Origin: Mobula hypostoma
Lineage: Eukaryota
Assembly (NCBI RefSeq): GCF_963921235.1
Contig: NC_086097.1
Coordinates: 49,540,001 to 49,604,000 of the forward strand
DNA: 64,000 nucleotides
Direction of reading: 5' to 3'
Position numbers and translations under genes: made by a program. Positions 1 through 13,214 of this stretch are shown in pieces (position 1 is the stretch's first letter; each line of letters starts with the position of its first letter). The notes beneath the pieces are model-generated. The model saw only the letters and a list, made by a program, of their open reading frames with translations, ran no database searches and had not been told where the DNA came from.

Positions 1-541
1 CATCTATAAGAAGAGGTACAGTCGACATTTCAGGCCGAGACCCTTCGTCAGGACTAACTGAAAGAAGAGATAGTAAGAGGCATGAACATTGACTTCTCTA
101 AGTTCTGTTAATACCCCACCTCCCCTTCGTACCCCATCCCTTATTTATTTATTTTTTATTTTTTTTTTTCTCTCACTCTGTCCCTCTCACTATGCTCCTT
201 GCCCATCCTCTGGGCTCCCCTCCCCCTTTCTTTCTCCCTAGGCCTCCCGTCCCATGATCCTCTCCCTTCTCCAGCCTCGTATCCCTTTTGCCAATCAACT
301 TTCCAGCTCTTAGCTCCATCCGTCCCCCTCCTGTATTCTCCCATCATTTCGGATCTCCCCCTCCCCCTCCAACCTTCAAATCTCTTACTATCTGTTCTTT
401 CAGTTAGTCCTGACGAAGGGTCTCGGCCCGAAACGTCGACTGTAGCTCTTCCTATAGATGCTGCCTGGCCTGCTGCATTCACCAGCATTTTTTGTGCGTG
501 TTGCTTGAATTTCCAGCATCTGCAGATTTCCTCGTGTTTGC
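1..541. mobile_element. Penelope-like element termini in inverted arrangement
   Basis: The terminal repeat occurs on the minus strand (1-80) and the plus strand (to 541); GMNIDFS remnant of the endonuclease C-terminus. Confidence 0.75.
406..441 (+). ncRNA. Minimal type I hammerhead ribozyme motif (Penelope-associated)
   Basis: AGTC-CTGACGA-A-GGGT CTCG GCCC-GAAAC-GTC-GACT: helix I AGTC/GACT, CUGANGA and GAAA core, palindromic ACGU helix III. Confidence 0.65.
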
Positions 542-2179
542 ACTATGAAATTATTAATTTGAGTTTAGCTTCTAACTGAATGTATTGACACAATGGAAAT
601 GGTACTGGGTGTTACAGGATATAGGAGTATTAAACCCTGTGCCCATAATATTGTATCTGAATTTAATATTGTAAATGCACCAGGCATTTACCTTGCCTAT
701 ATAATTACTGTGACCTTGTGCACAAGGCATTAAGGCCCGCCAAGCCAGAACTATAAAGCTCCTCAAACAATTACATTGAAATGTTGATAAACTGGACAGA
801 TTCTGAAACAATGTGTGCCAGTGGAAATAGTAAATTCAATGTCATATTAAGTTAGGAAGTGTGGAAAAGAAAGACTGGTTAAAACAGAGAGGAATACAGT
901 GACGGTAAAAAGAGACCTAAGGAAAAATAACTGCTAAAATATGAAGGAAAGAGACTCCAGGTTTATCAAAAACAATTTTCATTGCTAGAAGGTATGGTTA
1001 ATATCGCTGGAGTATGTGAATGCAGTGGGTGGAGGGGGGTCCATGCAGTGAATATGGTTTTCAAGTTAATAAGGAAGAATAGAGCATCTGGGATAAGAGA
1101 CTCCACTTATCATATTAAACCATCACCTTCACTCGAATGAAATTGCTGTATGATGAATGACGGGAGGCACTGTTGGCCTCTTATTTAGTAGTAAATTCTG
1201 ACCATTCAGACGGCATCTAATTACATGCATGTGTGATTTTTACCAGTAATTCTCAAGCCAATCTATAGTCCTGTAGAGTGTGAAGGAAATGATATGAGGA
1301 ATGAGAAGGTTCTTCTAGGTCAGCAGTATATCTAACTGACACTGCAAATAATGTGGTTCATTTCATTAAGTTAGTGTTCCTTGCTGCAAGAAGACCTACT
1401 GTATGGTGTTTGAGTAGCAGTGGATTGTTACCTTTCCCTGCAGCTACATGGCCACTTTCAGAACAGGGTCATTTGTTAATAATAAATATTAATGAACATC
1501 ACACATTTTGCAAACTTTGCATGGTACTTCTTTGTGCATGATACAGCTATCCTTCACACAACTTTAAGCACATAAGGCTGGCTCAGTCCTGATGTAATAT
1601 TTAGTTGATTGTCTCCCACATGAAATTATGTTCCAGTTGTGTAATTAAAATGCAGTTTGAGGTCACATGACAGAATGCATGCCTTTACATAGAGATAGGG
1701 ACCTGCCCTGCACCTGAACTGGTTAAAGAGATCTTAGGCAATTTGCATTTTGCTGCCCTTCAGTCAAGAGGCCCAGTCAGTGCTGCTGGAACTCATCTTC
1801 TACTGCTGGTGAGTGTTGAGCTTCACAGTGGCTGTCTCAGTGGTGGTTAATGGGTGCTCTGGTATGGTTTCTGCTGTTCCTATGGCATGATCAGTCGTCA
1901 GAGCACAAGGATGACTCACCAGAAGAACCCAAAAAAGAAGAGTGCCTATTGCCAGAAGAGCCTAAATGACACAAGGTCTACAGGGAGCAATCTTCTACAG
2001 CGACCTGTAAATCTGGTGGCTAAAGTTTGCTAAGCTACTGGTAGCAGACATATGTCACCTTCTGCAGCTCGATCTCCTCCATGCACCCATGTCCGGACTG
2101 TGCTGCTACCAGAGGTCAAGGTCACTGTCACCCTAAACTGCTCCTTCTCCAAATTATTCTTAGAGAATAATTCTGTTCT

Positions 2180-3756
2180 TTCTTTTCCAATATGTTTATT
2201 GATTTCTATATAGAAGAATACAGAGTTCAAGAGAATACATATTACAAAACAAAAAAATATAATAATACCAGATACAGTATATTGAATCACATTAACAAAC
2301 TCCTTACTCTATATTCATATGGAATAAATTAATTCATATATTAGAATATAAACAATTTTATTTAAAAAAAAGGATCTACACCCACTACCAAAGTCGAAGC
2401 TGTTTGGGGGAGAAAAGGGAAAAAAAAACTTATCAGATAATAAAATATACTAATAACCAACTTCTATATTTTAACAAGAAGTCAAAGATTATGAAAACAA
2501 TTTAAAAATGGCCCCCACGGACTTTGAAAATCTTGGTTAGATTCAGAAATTGAACAACCAATCTTTTCTAAATTTAGGCATGCCATAACATCCCGTAACC
2601 ACTGAGCATGATGAGGCGGGACAGCATCCTTCCATTTAAACAAAAGCGCCATCATAGCCATAAGAGAGATAAAAGCCAGAATGTACAGATCAGATGTCTT
2701 CAAAATGATATCTTTCCTTCCAACAATACCAAATAGGGCAGTCAGAGGATTAGGCTTAAAATTTACTTTAAAGAGTACAGAAAAAGTTTGGAATACTTCC
2801 TTCCAATATTTTCCAAGACTTGGGCACATCCAAAACATTTGAATAAGTGAAGCTTCTCCATTGTTACACCTATCACGGTAGGGAGATATATCCATTTAAA
2901 AACTAGATAATTTATCCTTGGTCATATAAACCCTATGAACCACTTTAAATTGTAGGAGGGAATGACGAGCACAGCGATGAAGTGTTAACCAATTTAAAAA
3001 TCTCATTCCAAGTTTCTTAAGAAATTGAGGTCTGTAAGTCTTGTTCCCAAAGATTTTTAATCTTGTCTAAAGAATCATTTCTCATTCCCAACAACATATC
3101 ATAAATATTGGATATTGAACCAATATTTTATCCTCCTACATATGGAAAAATAAACATCCTCAATTGAATAAAGTCCATCTCTAGAAAGTTAAAAAGAATG
3201 GAGGTTTAGCTTTACCAAATTTTAGATTTTATTACTGGGCAGCTAATATATGGAATCTCATGTTTTGGTTATACTATATTAATCATGAGGACTGTCCCAG
3301 GTGGGTTTCTTTAGAAGCTAACTGGGTTAATACATTTTCTATCATCTCCCTTTTGGAATCTTAACTTCCTTTATCCTTAAGTAAGATAACTGAAAATGTG
3401 GTAGTCAAACATACTTTGAGGATTTGCATACAATTTAGAAAATACTTTGGTTTATTGAGATTCTCCCTTTCTAGTTCCATTTTTTAAAATTATTTTTTTA
3501 AGCCGTCTATGACCGATGTAGTCTTTAAACAATGGGAAAGATTTGGCATTACATGCTTCTGGGATCTGTTTGTGGGAGGAAGTCTTCCTTCGTTTGAACA
3601 ATTGTCAACTAAATATAGTTTACCAAAAACCCATTTTTTTCGGTCCTTACAAATTAGAGATTTTCTGCACTTACAAATTAGAGATTTTCTGCAATCTCAA
3701 TTACATACATTTCCTAATAGACCTGATAAGAATATATTAGATGAAATTCTTAATAT
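2180..3756 (-). mobile_element. L1/Tx1-like LINE 3' fragment with an internal inversion
   Basis: Minus segment 2180-3120 has a C-terminal zinc-knuckle remnant (DRC…MFWMCP) and AATAAA; plus segment 3121-3756 has GGLALPNFRFYYWAA; 15-bp TSD. Confidence 0.85.
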
Positions 3757-5379
3757 GAATAATCCTGTTCTACGGTTATTCTAGAGCTGGCTAATCTTTT
3801 CCATGTTTCCCACTACGTAGCACACTATAGTCACCTGTGGGTGATCTGACCAGAATACAGACTCATCAAGGCTCAGGTTCTCCTTGAGTCACATGGATCT
3901 TTAACTAACTCAAAGTCAAATTTATTGCCATATGCACAGGTGTAATGCAAAAGCTACTTGTAGCAGCATCAGAGGCACATAGCATCACATCAGCACCATT
4001 CACAAGAAAAAGAAATTATACAATTGTTACAAGAAAACATAATTAGAAAACAAGTCTATTTTATTGCAAATGGTTAAAGTGGTCATGGTGTTGCTGATCT
4101 GCAGTGATTATGGTTTTGCTGGTTTATCCATGAATTGTACAATTGAAGGGAAGTAGCTGTTCTTGAAACTTAGGGTGTGGGATTTCAGGGACCTCTGTAC
4201 CTCCTTCCTGATGGTACTTGCAAAAAGATGGCATGGCCTAGATTGTGGAGAACTTTGATGATCGGTTTTGCCACCTTGGTGTGGCGCCTCCTTCAATACC
4301 ACTTTGATACCTTGGTGGAGAGGGATGTGTCCATGACGTATTGGACAGAGACCACTACTCCCTGTAGCTTCTTACATTTCTGCACATGATTTCCCGTACC
4401 AGGCATGATGCGGCCTATCGGGAGAGTTTCATCAGTACTTATGCAAAAGTGCATCAGAGTGTTGAGGACAAGCTTAACATAGTTCATCTCTGAAGAAAGA
4501 TGCTGTCATGCTTCCCTTATGATTGCACCTATGCGCTGGTGATCCATTATATTAGCACCCAGTAATTTAAAACCACTGAATCGCCACCTCCAATACTCAA
4601 TGTGAACTGGTGCATGTTTGTCCTCCTTGGTCAACAATCAGCTGTACACTCTGTGCCCACTTTATTAGGTACCTCCTAAACCTAATGAAGTGGGCACTGA
4701 GTGTAATGTCACTGACACTGAGTTAGAGGTTGCTTTTGTGGCACCAATCAACCAGGAGACTTTTCTCACTCCAATAAGCTGACTTAACGATCATCGTGAG
4801 TATATCTGAGGGCCGACTCCCATTCACAGGCAACCATCTCTTTGCATTGTATTTGTAATTCTGCAGGAACTTGGAGTAGCTACTTCCTCATTTGGAGCTA
4901 GTAGAGTTACTGTGAGTCTATTTAAACAGGTGTGAAGAATTTATGAAATTGCCAGTGAGAATTAATTGAGAAATAAATGTGATATATTATTCAATCTATC
5001 AATTTTTTCTATGAGACCAGAAAGAAAAATCCGAATAGGAAATTTCCCATACAAGAATAGTACATTACTTATTTTTATGGGCAGTTATTTTCCCTTAATA
5101 TTGTCAGCACTGTTTGAATTTAATTTTTCTATTGTACATATACTGGAACTTTGCAGTGCAAGATTTGAAACCATTTATGTTTACCTGTCACATCTTTTAA
5201 GTAGAGAACGCTAGAATTTTTAAAAATAAATCTATAACACAATAATAATTCAGCAATTTAAAAATGTATGAGAAAATACCTGATTGTTTAGCAGATTGCC
5301 ATTTATCAGAATAGCCTGTGCTTAAAATTTTCTTTGTTCTTCAGCAAAAACATTCTGTAATATCCAAATCTTATTTTAG

Positions 5380-5506
5380 GAATATGCTGAACGTATCAGG
5401 CCAATGGTAAGAGATGGTGTTTACTTTATGTATGAAGCTCTTCATGGTCCAGCAAAAAACATTCTTGTGGAAGGTGCCAATGCAGCTTTACTAGATATAG
5501 ATTTTG
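5380..5506 (+). CDS. ADSS1: Adenylosuccinate synthetase 1, internal exon ([42 protein letters not shown])
   Basis: ttttag acceptor and gtaag donor; 127 nt; contains the [13 protein letters not shown] motif. ERIRP/YFMYE residues and SIVA1 adjacency favour ADSS1 over ADSS2. Upstream exons were not seen in the window. Confidence 0.95.
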
Positions 5507-6287
5507 GTAAGTTTTTAAAATAATACACCCTACTATTTAAATAAAAATGTGCGTAGCATATTGAAGAATTTAACCTCAAACCTGATACGAATAATTGAAC
5601 TGACTTTATTTCTTACATTCTTCATATACATGAGGAGTAAAAAGCTATACGTAACATCTCCATCTAAATGTGCAATTTATAGTAATTTGTAATAACTAGT
5701 ACGTACAACAGGACAGTCAATATAGCATAGAAATACAATTGTATCAGTGTGAATTAATCATTCTGATGATCTGACCTGGAGCCCGTTAGTCCTGGCTTTA
5801 ATGCTGCGGTTCTATTTCCCGGATGGTAGCAGCTGGAACAGTTTGTGGTTGGGGTGACGAGCGTACGAATTGTACTAAATTCATATTAAGGAATAGTAAT
5901 AATGGAATTAAATATATTTTAGTGTCATTATTTTTATTACTTCACATTATTGCATCACCAATGAATTGAAGTTAGTTAATGTAAATGATTATTCCAGAAT
6001 ATGTGGTCCCCTTTGTTGCAAATACAGTAAAGCAAGAAAGACTGCCTTTGTCCCTTTGTAGCATTGTTATATCCTCCAGACTAGTAGTGATGAAGAAGCC
6101 AAAAGCTGATTAGCACTGCTCAGGGACAAAATAATCTTGACCATTTTCTGTGAAGAATGATAGCATAAGAATTAACCAGGTACATGTAAAACATAGTATG
6201 ATTAAATACAGCATATGGAACCTGTTACTTGTTTACCTGGTCAGAGCTGTTGTGTAGCTAAAACACAGTTGGTAAAACAAGTTTGTA

Positions 6288-6791
6288 CAGGCAGCCCCCG
6301 AGTTACGAACGTCCGACTTACGAACAACCTCGTACTTACAAACGGCCTGCCATAAGGCATAATATATTAAAAATTTGTCGGCTCGAGGAAGGAGAATGTC
6401 GTCCACCATTGTAAGTTGGATCACGTTGCTGTTAACACTGTGTTGAGTGTGTAACTTTGTATTTGGCTTAAATTTAACCTGGCTCAGTGTGGGTGGACTT
6501 TAGGACCTGGGGGAGCTCAGGACCCGCTGCCCATCGCTGCTGCTGAACCAGCAGTGGTTCTGTTCCATTGATGGAAAACGATCACGATTGAAAATAAAGT
6601 GGAAATAATGAAGAGATGGGTAGAGGTGAAACGCCATCGGTCATTGGAAAAGTGTTAGGCTACAGTCGGTCAACGATCAGAACAATTTTAAAGGAAAAAT
6701 AATACCGAATGTATCTGTTCCGACTTGCCTACAAATCCGACTTAAAGACAGACTTAGGAACGGAACTCGTTCGTAACCCGGGAACTGCCTG
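6288..6791 (+). mobile_element. Tigger/pogo-like non-autonomous DNA transposon
   Basis: TIRs CAGGCAGCCCCCGAGTTACGAAC / GTTCGTAACCCGGGAACTGCCTG flanked by TA; helix-turn-helix remnant TITIENKVEI…LGYSRSTIRTILK. Confidence 0.85.
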
Positions 6792-7824
6792 TATATTGAA
6801 TTTTGAACAAGGTGTTTTCAACCCCTATAATGAAAGAGAGAGAGGTGGCTTATTGGAGCGACATAGGTCATCTGGTTGATCGGTGCCACAAAAACAACCT
6901 TTAACTCAACGTCAGTGACATTACACTCAGTGGCCTATATATTATATATCTTGAAGATTATAATGTTGGCATTCAACGTTATGAGCCTATTTTTGATATG
7001 GAATTTTACCAGCAGGTGGCAGAGTTAAGCAGCAGCTTATCACACAATTCTTTTATTCTATCTAGTTAGAATAAAAGACAAGGCTAATAGGTTTAGGAAA
7101 CCTTGATTTTCAAGGGATATTCAGGTGCTGTTTATGTAGAAGGAAGTACATAGCAAGTATAGGCAACAGGGAACAAATAAGGTGCTTGAGGAGTATAAAA
7201 AATGCAAGAGACCACTTAAGCATTAAAAGAAGGCAATGAGGTTCCTGTAGCTGACAAGGTGAAAGAGAATCCCAAGGGCTTCTACAGACATATTTAGAGC
7301 AAAGGACTAGCAAGGGAGAAAATTGGTCTCTTGAAGGTCAACGTGGTCATCTATGCATGGATCCGAAAGAGATCAGAAGTGACCTTAAATGCAAATTTTG
7401 CATCTGTATTTACCAGGAAATGGACACAAAATCTATAGAGCTGACATGAAACAGCAGAATCAGAATCAGCTTTAATATCACTGGCATATGTCATGAAAGT
7501 TGTTGTTTTGTAGCAGCAATACTTGCGGTACATCATTTTAAAAAATATAAATTACAATAAGAAATAGATACAATGGATTCTGGTTAATTGGGACACATCG
7601 GGACTTAATACATTATGACACAATTAAGCAGCTGCCCCAATTAGCTGAAGTTTCATTGAAATAGTTAAAAGGGTATAAAAAAAGTTAAACTATCATTTAA
7701 CTGAGTAACAAAAATTATGTATTTAAATGAAATACAGAACAAATAAGAACACTATAGAATTATAATATTGTGTATTAGTTCCTAATTGTTATCAGCAGAG
7801 GAATTTATCCAATGTACCTGTGTG

Positions 7825-8565
7825 CTACACACATAAAAATTGCTGGTGAACGCAGTGGGCCAGGCAGCATCTATAGGAACAGGTACAGTCGATGTTTTGG
7901 GCGAAGACCCTTTGTCAGGACTAACGAAGGGAGAAAGAAAGGGGGAGGGGAGCCCAGAGGATGGGCAAGGAGTTATAGTGAGTGGGACAGTGGGAGAAAA
8001 ATAAATAAATAAATAAGGGATGGGGTAGGAAGGGTAGGTGGGGCATTAGCGGAAGTTAGAGAAGTCAATGTACATACTGTGAGGTTGGAGGCTATTCAGA
8101 CGGAATACAAGGTGTTGTTCCTCCAACCTGAGTGTGGCTTCATCTTGACAGTAGAGAAGGCCGTGGATAGACATATCAGAGTGGGAATGGGACGTGGAAT
8201 TAAAATGTGCGGCCACTGGGAAATCCTCTGGGCTCCCCTCCCCCTTTCTTTCTCCCTAGACCTCCTGTCCCATGATCCTCTCCTTTCTCCAGACTCGTAT
8301 CCCTTTTGCCAATGAACTTTCTAGCTCTTAGCTCCATCCCTCCCCTCCTGTCTTCTCCTATCATTTCCGATCTCCCCCTCTCCTTCCCCCTCCAACTTTC
8401 AAATCTCTTACTATCTCTTCTTTCAGTTAGTCGTGACGAAAGGTCTCGGCCCGAAACGTCAACTGTACCTCTTCCTATAGATGCTGCCTGGCCTGTTGCG
8501 TTAACCAGCATTTTTTGTGTGTGTTGCTTGAATTTCCAGCATCTGCAGATTTCCTCGTGTTCGCG
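7825..8565. mobile_element. Penelope-like element fragment with inverted halves
   Basis: Highly similar to 1-541; LEEQHLVFRL-type remnant on the minus strand; orientation switches near 8222. Confidence 0.75.
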
Positions 8566-8908
8566 CTAGAACTAAAGATCATAGGTTTTGGGTGAAAGGT
8601 GAAGTATTTAAGGAGAACCTGAGAGGGAACTTCTTCACTCAGAGGGTGGTGCAGGCGGAGAATGAGCTGCCAGTTGAAATGGTGGATGCAGGTTCAGTTG
8701 CAGAAGAGAGTTTGGATAAGTACACGGATGGGAGAAGCGCGGAGGGTTATAGTCCAGGTGCAGATCGATGGGGCTGGGCAGAAAAGCTGTTTGGCATGGA
8801 TTAAATGGGCTGAAGGGCCTGTTTCTGTGCTGTAGTGCTCTGAGTCTGACAAGTATGCTACTGTCACTTCTCTACCACACATCTTGGCCCAAAAATTGGT
8901 TTGATAGT

Positions 8909-9929
8909 CAGTCAGTGGGTGCCATCCGGAATCTCGGCATAACTCAACACAGTCCATTGCCTCACATTATAGTACCAAGTGGTTCACTGCCTTCCTCTTT
9001 CCCTCTTTCCTTCTATCATCCCTTCCAATAACAATTTCTGCAGTCCACCACCTCTTAACAAGTGCCCGGCATATTCCAGCTTCCTTTTCCGCACATTCTT
9101 CAGCAACTCCTTTTCTCTCCTCGCTCTCTTCAGCACTTCCATATTACTGACCTTCATCACCCATCTAATTTTCTGCATTCTCCTTAAACACCACATTTCA
9201 AATGCCTCCAGTCGTCGTTGCGCTTCCTTGCACAAGGTCCACGATTTGACTCCATACAACAGACTGCTCCAGACGTAGCATTTCCAAATTCTACAACGCA
9301 GCCCAAAGTCCAACCTCTTGCCACACAGCACGTCACTCAGGCTCCAGAACATTGATCTTGCAATCTCAATTTTTCGTCTAATTTCTGTATCATGTTTCCC
9401 ATCCTCTGTGACCATCTGTCCCAAGTACACAAACTTCTTGACTTGCTCTATGCCTACGCCGTTAATTTTGATACTGATTTTGGGGACTTCTTTCTTTCGT
9501 GATACTATCATCATCTTCGTCTTTGCTGCATTTATTTTCATTCCAAATCATTCACCTTCAGCATTTATCTTATCTACTATTATGAGTAACTCGTCCTCAG
9601 TCTCGGCTAACACCACTGAATCATCTGCATACCTCAAGTTGTTCACCGTCACTCCACTAATTTGGACACCAACTTCATCGTTCAACACCCTGAAGATTAC
9701 CTCTGAGTAAATGTTAAATAATAAAGGGGAGATAATGCAGCCCTGGCAAACCCCTTTTTGGATCTCAGCTTCCGGTGAATTCCCACCACTAGTTCTTATT
9801 ACTGTCTTCTGATGCCAGTACAGACTCGCAATCAGTCGAACATCTTTCCCATCCAGCCGCAATGAGTTCAGGCAATTGACCAGCTGTTCATGATTGACTC
9901 AGTCAAAAGCTGAACAGCTGGTCAATTGA
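8909..9929 (-). mobile_element. RTE-clade LINE, 5'-truncated RT fragment
   Basis: GVCQGCIISPLLFN, LRYADD, RRLEAFEMWCLRR and EGKRERGR; one stop at 9548-9550; TSD TTTGATAGT (8900-8908 / 9930-9938). Confidence 0.88.
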
Positions 9930-11875
9930 TTTGATAGTACCTATTTCTTAAGTATTAATCAAACAAAATTCTGTTTTACTTGGAATAAATCATTGCTGGC
10001 AATCACTTTCAGGTAAAATGCACAAATTACAAAATTGGAAAAGACCATAAGGCATAGGAATAGAATTAGGTCATTCAGTCTATCGAGTCTACCATTCCAT
10101 CATGGTTGATGTATTACCCTCGCAACCCTATCCTCCTGTCTTCTTTCTGTAACCTTCAATGCCCTGACTCATCAAGAACCTATCAATCTCTGTTTTAAAT
10201 ATCCCCAATGACATGACCTCCACAGTCATCTGTAGTAATGAATTACACAGATTCACTATTCTGAGGCTGTGCCCTCTGGTCCTAAGCTTCTCCACTATAG
10301 GGAATACCGTCTCTACATCCACTCTATTCAGTAGGTTTCAATGAGATCTCCCCTTCATTCTTCTAAATTCTAGAAAGTACAGGCCTAGAGCCTTGAAACA
10401 CTCCTTATATGAGGCCCTTCATTGGTCGGAGTCAACTATGGATATTATGTCGACGTGATAAGCAAGCTGGTATGCAGGACAGGACAGTTGAATATGAATG
10501 GCAGGTTGTTGCCCATGCAGCAAGCTCACACTCTCCACGCAGCTGATGAATCAAAAGGAACGGCAGAGACTGATACAGTTTGGCACCAGCAGTGTGACAG
10601 GAGTTGTCAGACAGTGCTGAACTCAATGTTCGACAACCTTAGGGACTCCAGCTCCAGATGTTTCCTTGGGATTTACTCCAGAAGCCTTCCCCATGAGTGG
10701 ATATTGCTGCATGACAGCAGAGGTTTGAGATCAGTGTTTTCCTTCTAGATGAGCTGCCAACCACAGCTGATGAGCGCCTTCTGCCTGAAGCTGCTGGTTT
10801 TAAGGCGCCAGTAACCCACCTTTACTGCTTCTCCTGTCAGTAAAAATGGTTCCACTGGGCTTAGTAGCTAAGTCACACGTGAAGGCCAGGAGCTGGACTT
10901 GGTTGTCAGAGGCTATTTGAGAAGTACGCCATTAGGAGCGTTTAATAGGAGTTTTCTCCCAGTACACCACCCACTGCCCAGCTATGGCAACCTTAATGCT
11001 CCTCATACATTAACCCTTTCAGAAGAAGTAATTCTGTGTGTGTAACTCCATAGAACCAGACACATCATTTGTTTTCCTAATTGTTTGTACTGAATACCTG
11101 CATATTAGTGTCTACTTACATTGATAGTCTGCCTGTTGTCTCCTGACTGAAGAAAACGTGCTGGTAATACAAAGGTAGGTAGCTAGCCGAGCTATGCTGT
11201 GAAGAGGATTTAAGGAAACTAGAACAAGCTAAGATAGACTAAGTAACTGGTCAAAGGTCTGCCAAATTGAGTATAATATGGAAGATGTGAAATTGTTCAT
11301 TTGTTAGGAAAAACAGGAAAAGCATATAACTAAAAATTAAACATTACTGGAGCACAGTCCCATAGTGGCTAACATAACACTGTTACAGCACCAGCAAGCC
11401 AGGTTCAATTCTGCCACTGTCTGTAACAAGCTAGTACATTCTCCCCGTGACCACATGGGTTTCCTCCTTTTTGAAAACTACTGTCCAGTAGTTTTCTGTA
11501 GGAGTTTTGCTGTTAACTCAGTGGGGGAGAAAACCACCTAATTTTGGCAAAGGATCACAAATGCTTTGCTTGTACCATTTGTTATCCAAAAATTTTAGTT
11601 ACTTAAGACCAGTGTCCTGTCTACCCTCCATCCGCTTACGTGTAATTGGCAATTATTCCTTCCTTCATTAACAAACTTGAAGAGTGTTTGGAAACTCATT
11701 AAAGTGAATCACGAAATGGCAAGTTGATCAAAAGAAAAGTTCTGACATAATGACTAGATGACATTTTTTGTTTTATAATAATCTTATAATAAAGATCTTG
11801 AAAATTTTTCAGTTATGTGTTAAAGCCGATTAAAAGATATTTATAGAATCTGTTTTTTACCTTGTCTTATAAAAG

Positions 11876-12030
11876 GAACATACCCATTTGTGACATCCTC
11901 AAACTGTACTGCGGGAGGTGTATGCACTGGACTGGGAATACCTCCATCGAATATTGGAGCAGTGTATGGCATTTTCAAAGCCTATACCACTAGGGTGGGA
12001 ATTGGAGCATTCCCAACTGAACAAAAAAAT
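11876..12030 (+). CDS. ADSS1: ADSS1 exon ([24 protein letters not shown]...[18 protein letters not shown])
   Basis: AG and GTAAGT boundaries; 155 nt; phase matches the flanking exons; hallmark GTYPFVTSS and KAYTTRVG motifs. Confidence 0.96.
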
Positions 12031-12118
12031 GTAAGTCTGGATTATTCACGCTAACAGATTAGAAATTTTTGAAGCACATTGAAAGTTGTATTAACAAACA
12101 CCACTCTGCAAAGTCAAT

Positions 12119-12252
12119 TCCCCCCCCCACCTCCTCCACCTCTCCCCCTCCCTCCTCCACCCCTCCCCCTCTCTCCCCCCTCCCTCTGTCCCCTCCACAC
12201 CCCTCTTCCTTCCCCCTCTCCCTCCACCATCCCCCTTCCTCCCTCCCGCTCC
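12119..12252. repeat. C-rich low-complexity tract
   Basis: About 130 nt of mostly C and T, about 90 nt downstream of an ADSS1 donor site. Confidence 0.85.
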
Positions 12253-13214
12253 TAGTTGATATCTGTACCCGGCTGGAGGCCCAAGAAGAGTTTATTCATC
12301 ATATACGCCAGAAAGCACTAGGTTCTTCTACCAGTGAATAGAGTGGACACTTCAAAGGTACAGTGTTGGTCAACTGACAGGAGCACATTACAAGCTTTGC
12401 CACTGTTGAATTGGCTGATAAACACTGAGAGCTTTTATTTCTTCTCCTCACCAGCGAAGGTGGAGAAAGCTTGGAGACTGGGGAGTTCCATATGCAGTAT
12501 GTTGCACTATTGTTGTGTCGTCTCCTCAGTCAAACGAAGCCTGGTGACACTGCCCTCTGCTGGCTGCAGCCTGGCCGGGAGCATGCTTTGACGTGGCTGC
12601 AGCCTTACAACATGCAAAATGGGAGAAAGGAGACGAGTGGTTCCCACAAGCACATCCACACCCTAACGGTCAGACATAGGTCCTAAACATTTCAGATAGG
12701 TCATGGTATTCTATTGACAAAACATTGTTTCCTTCAACTTATACCAAATAACATTAATACCTTGTTGACTTTCTTAGTAGTCTCTACAATGGATATAAAC
12801 CTTTAATGATCTATTAAAATAATATCAAGATCTTTCTCTCTGTCTCCTCCGACAGTTTTGGTATAAAGTACAAGCTGTAGCTCAGATGGGGCATTCCTGG
12901 AAAACAGTCCTTATAATGTTATAATGATTTTTTGTAACGTGAAGGTGTGTCCATGTACTACAAAACACAACAAAAATGATATTTGCATCTATTCAGTTTA
13001 GTCTCACAAAACGAATGATTATTTTCCATTTCTAAAACTTTAGGCTAGTGACTTGTAAATTCTGTAAGGACAAATTTCAATTACCCTAACAGCTGTAACC
13101 TGGGAATACCTGTATCCGGAAATCAAAAGGAAGAAAATGTCCTAAACCCCACCTACCAAAATTACATTGTTACAAACTGAAGACTTTTTACCAAAATAAG
13201 GGATATGGATTTAT

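Noticed and set aside
156..579. ORFs of 110 and 126 aa, with look-alikes at 8200-8569
   Set aside because: Low-complexity Penelope terminal repeat sequence, not host genes.
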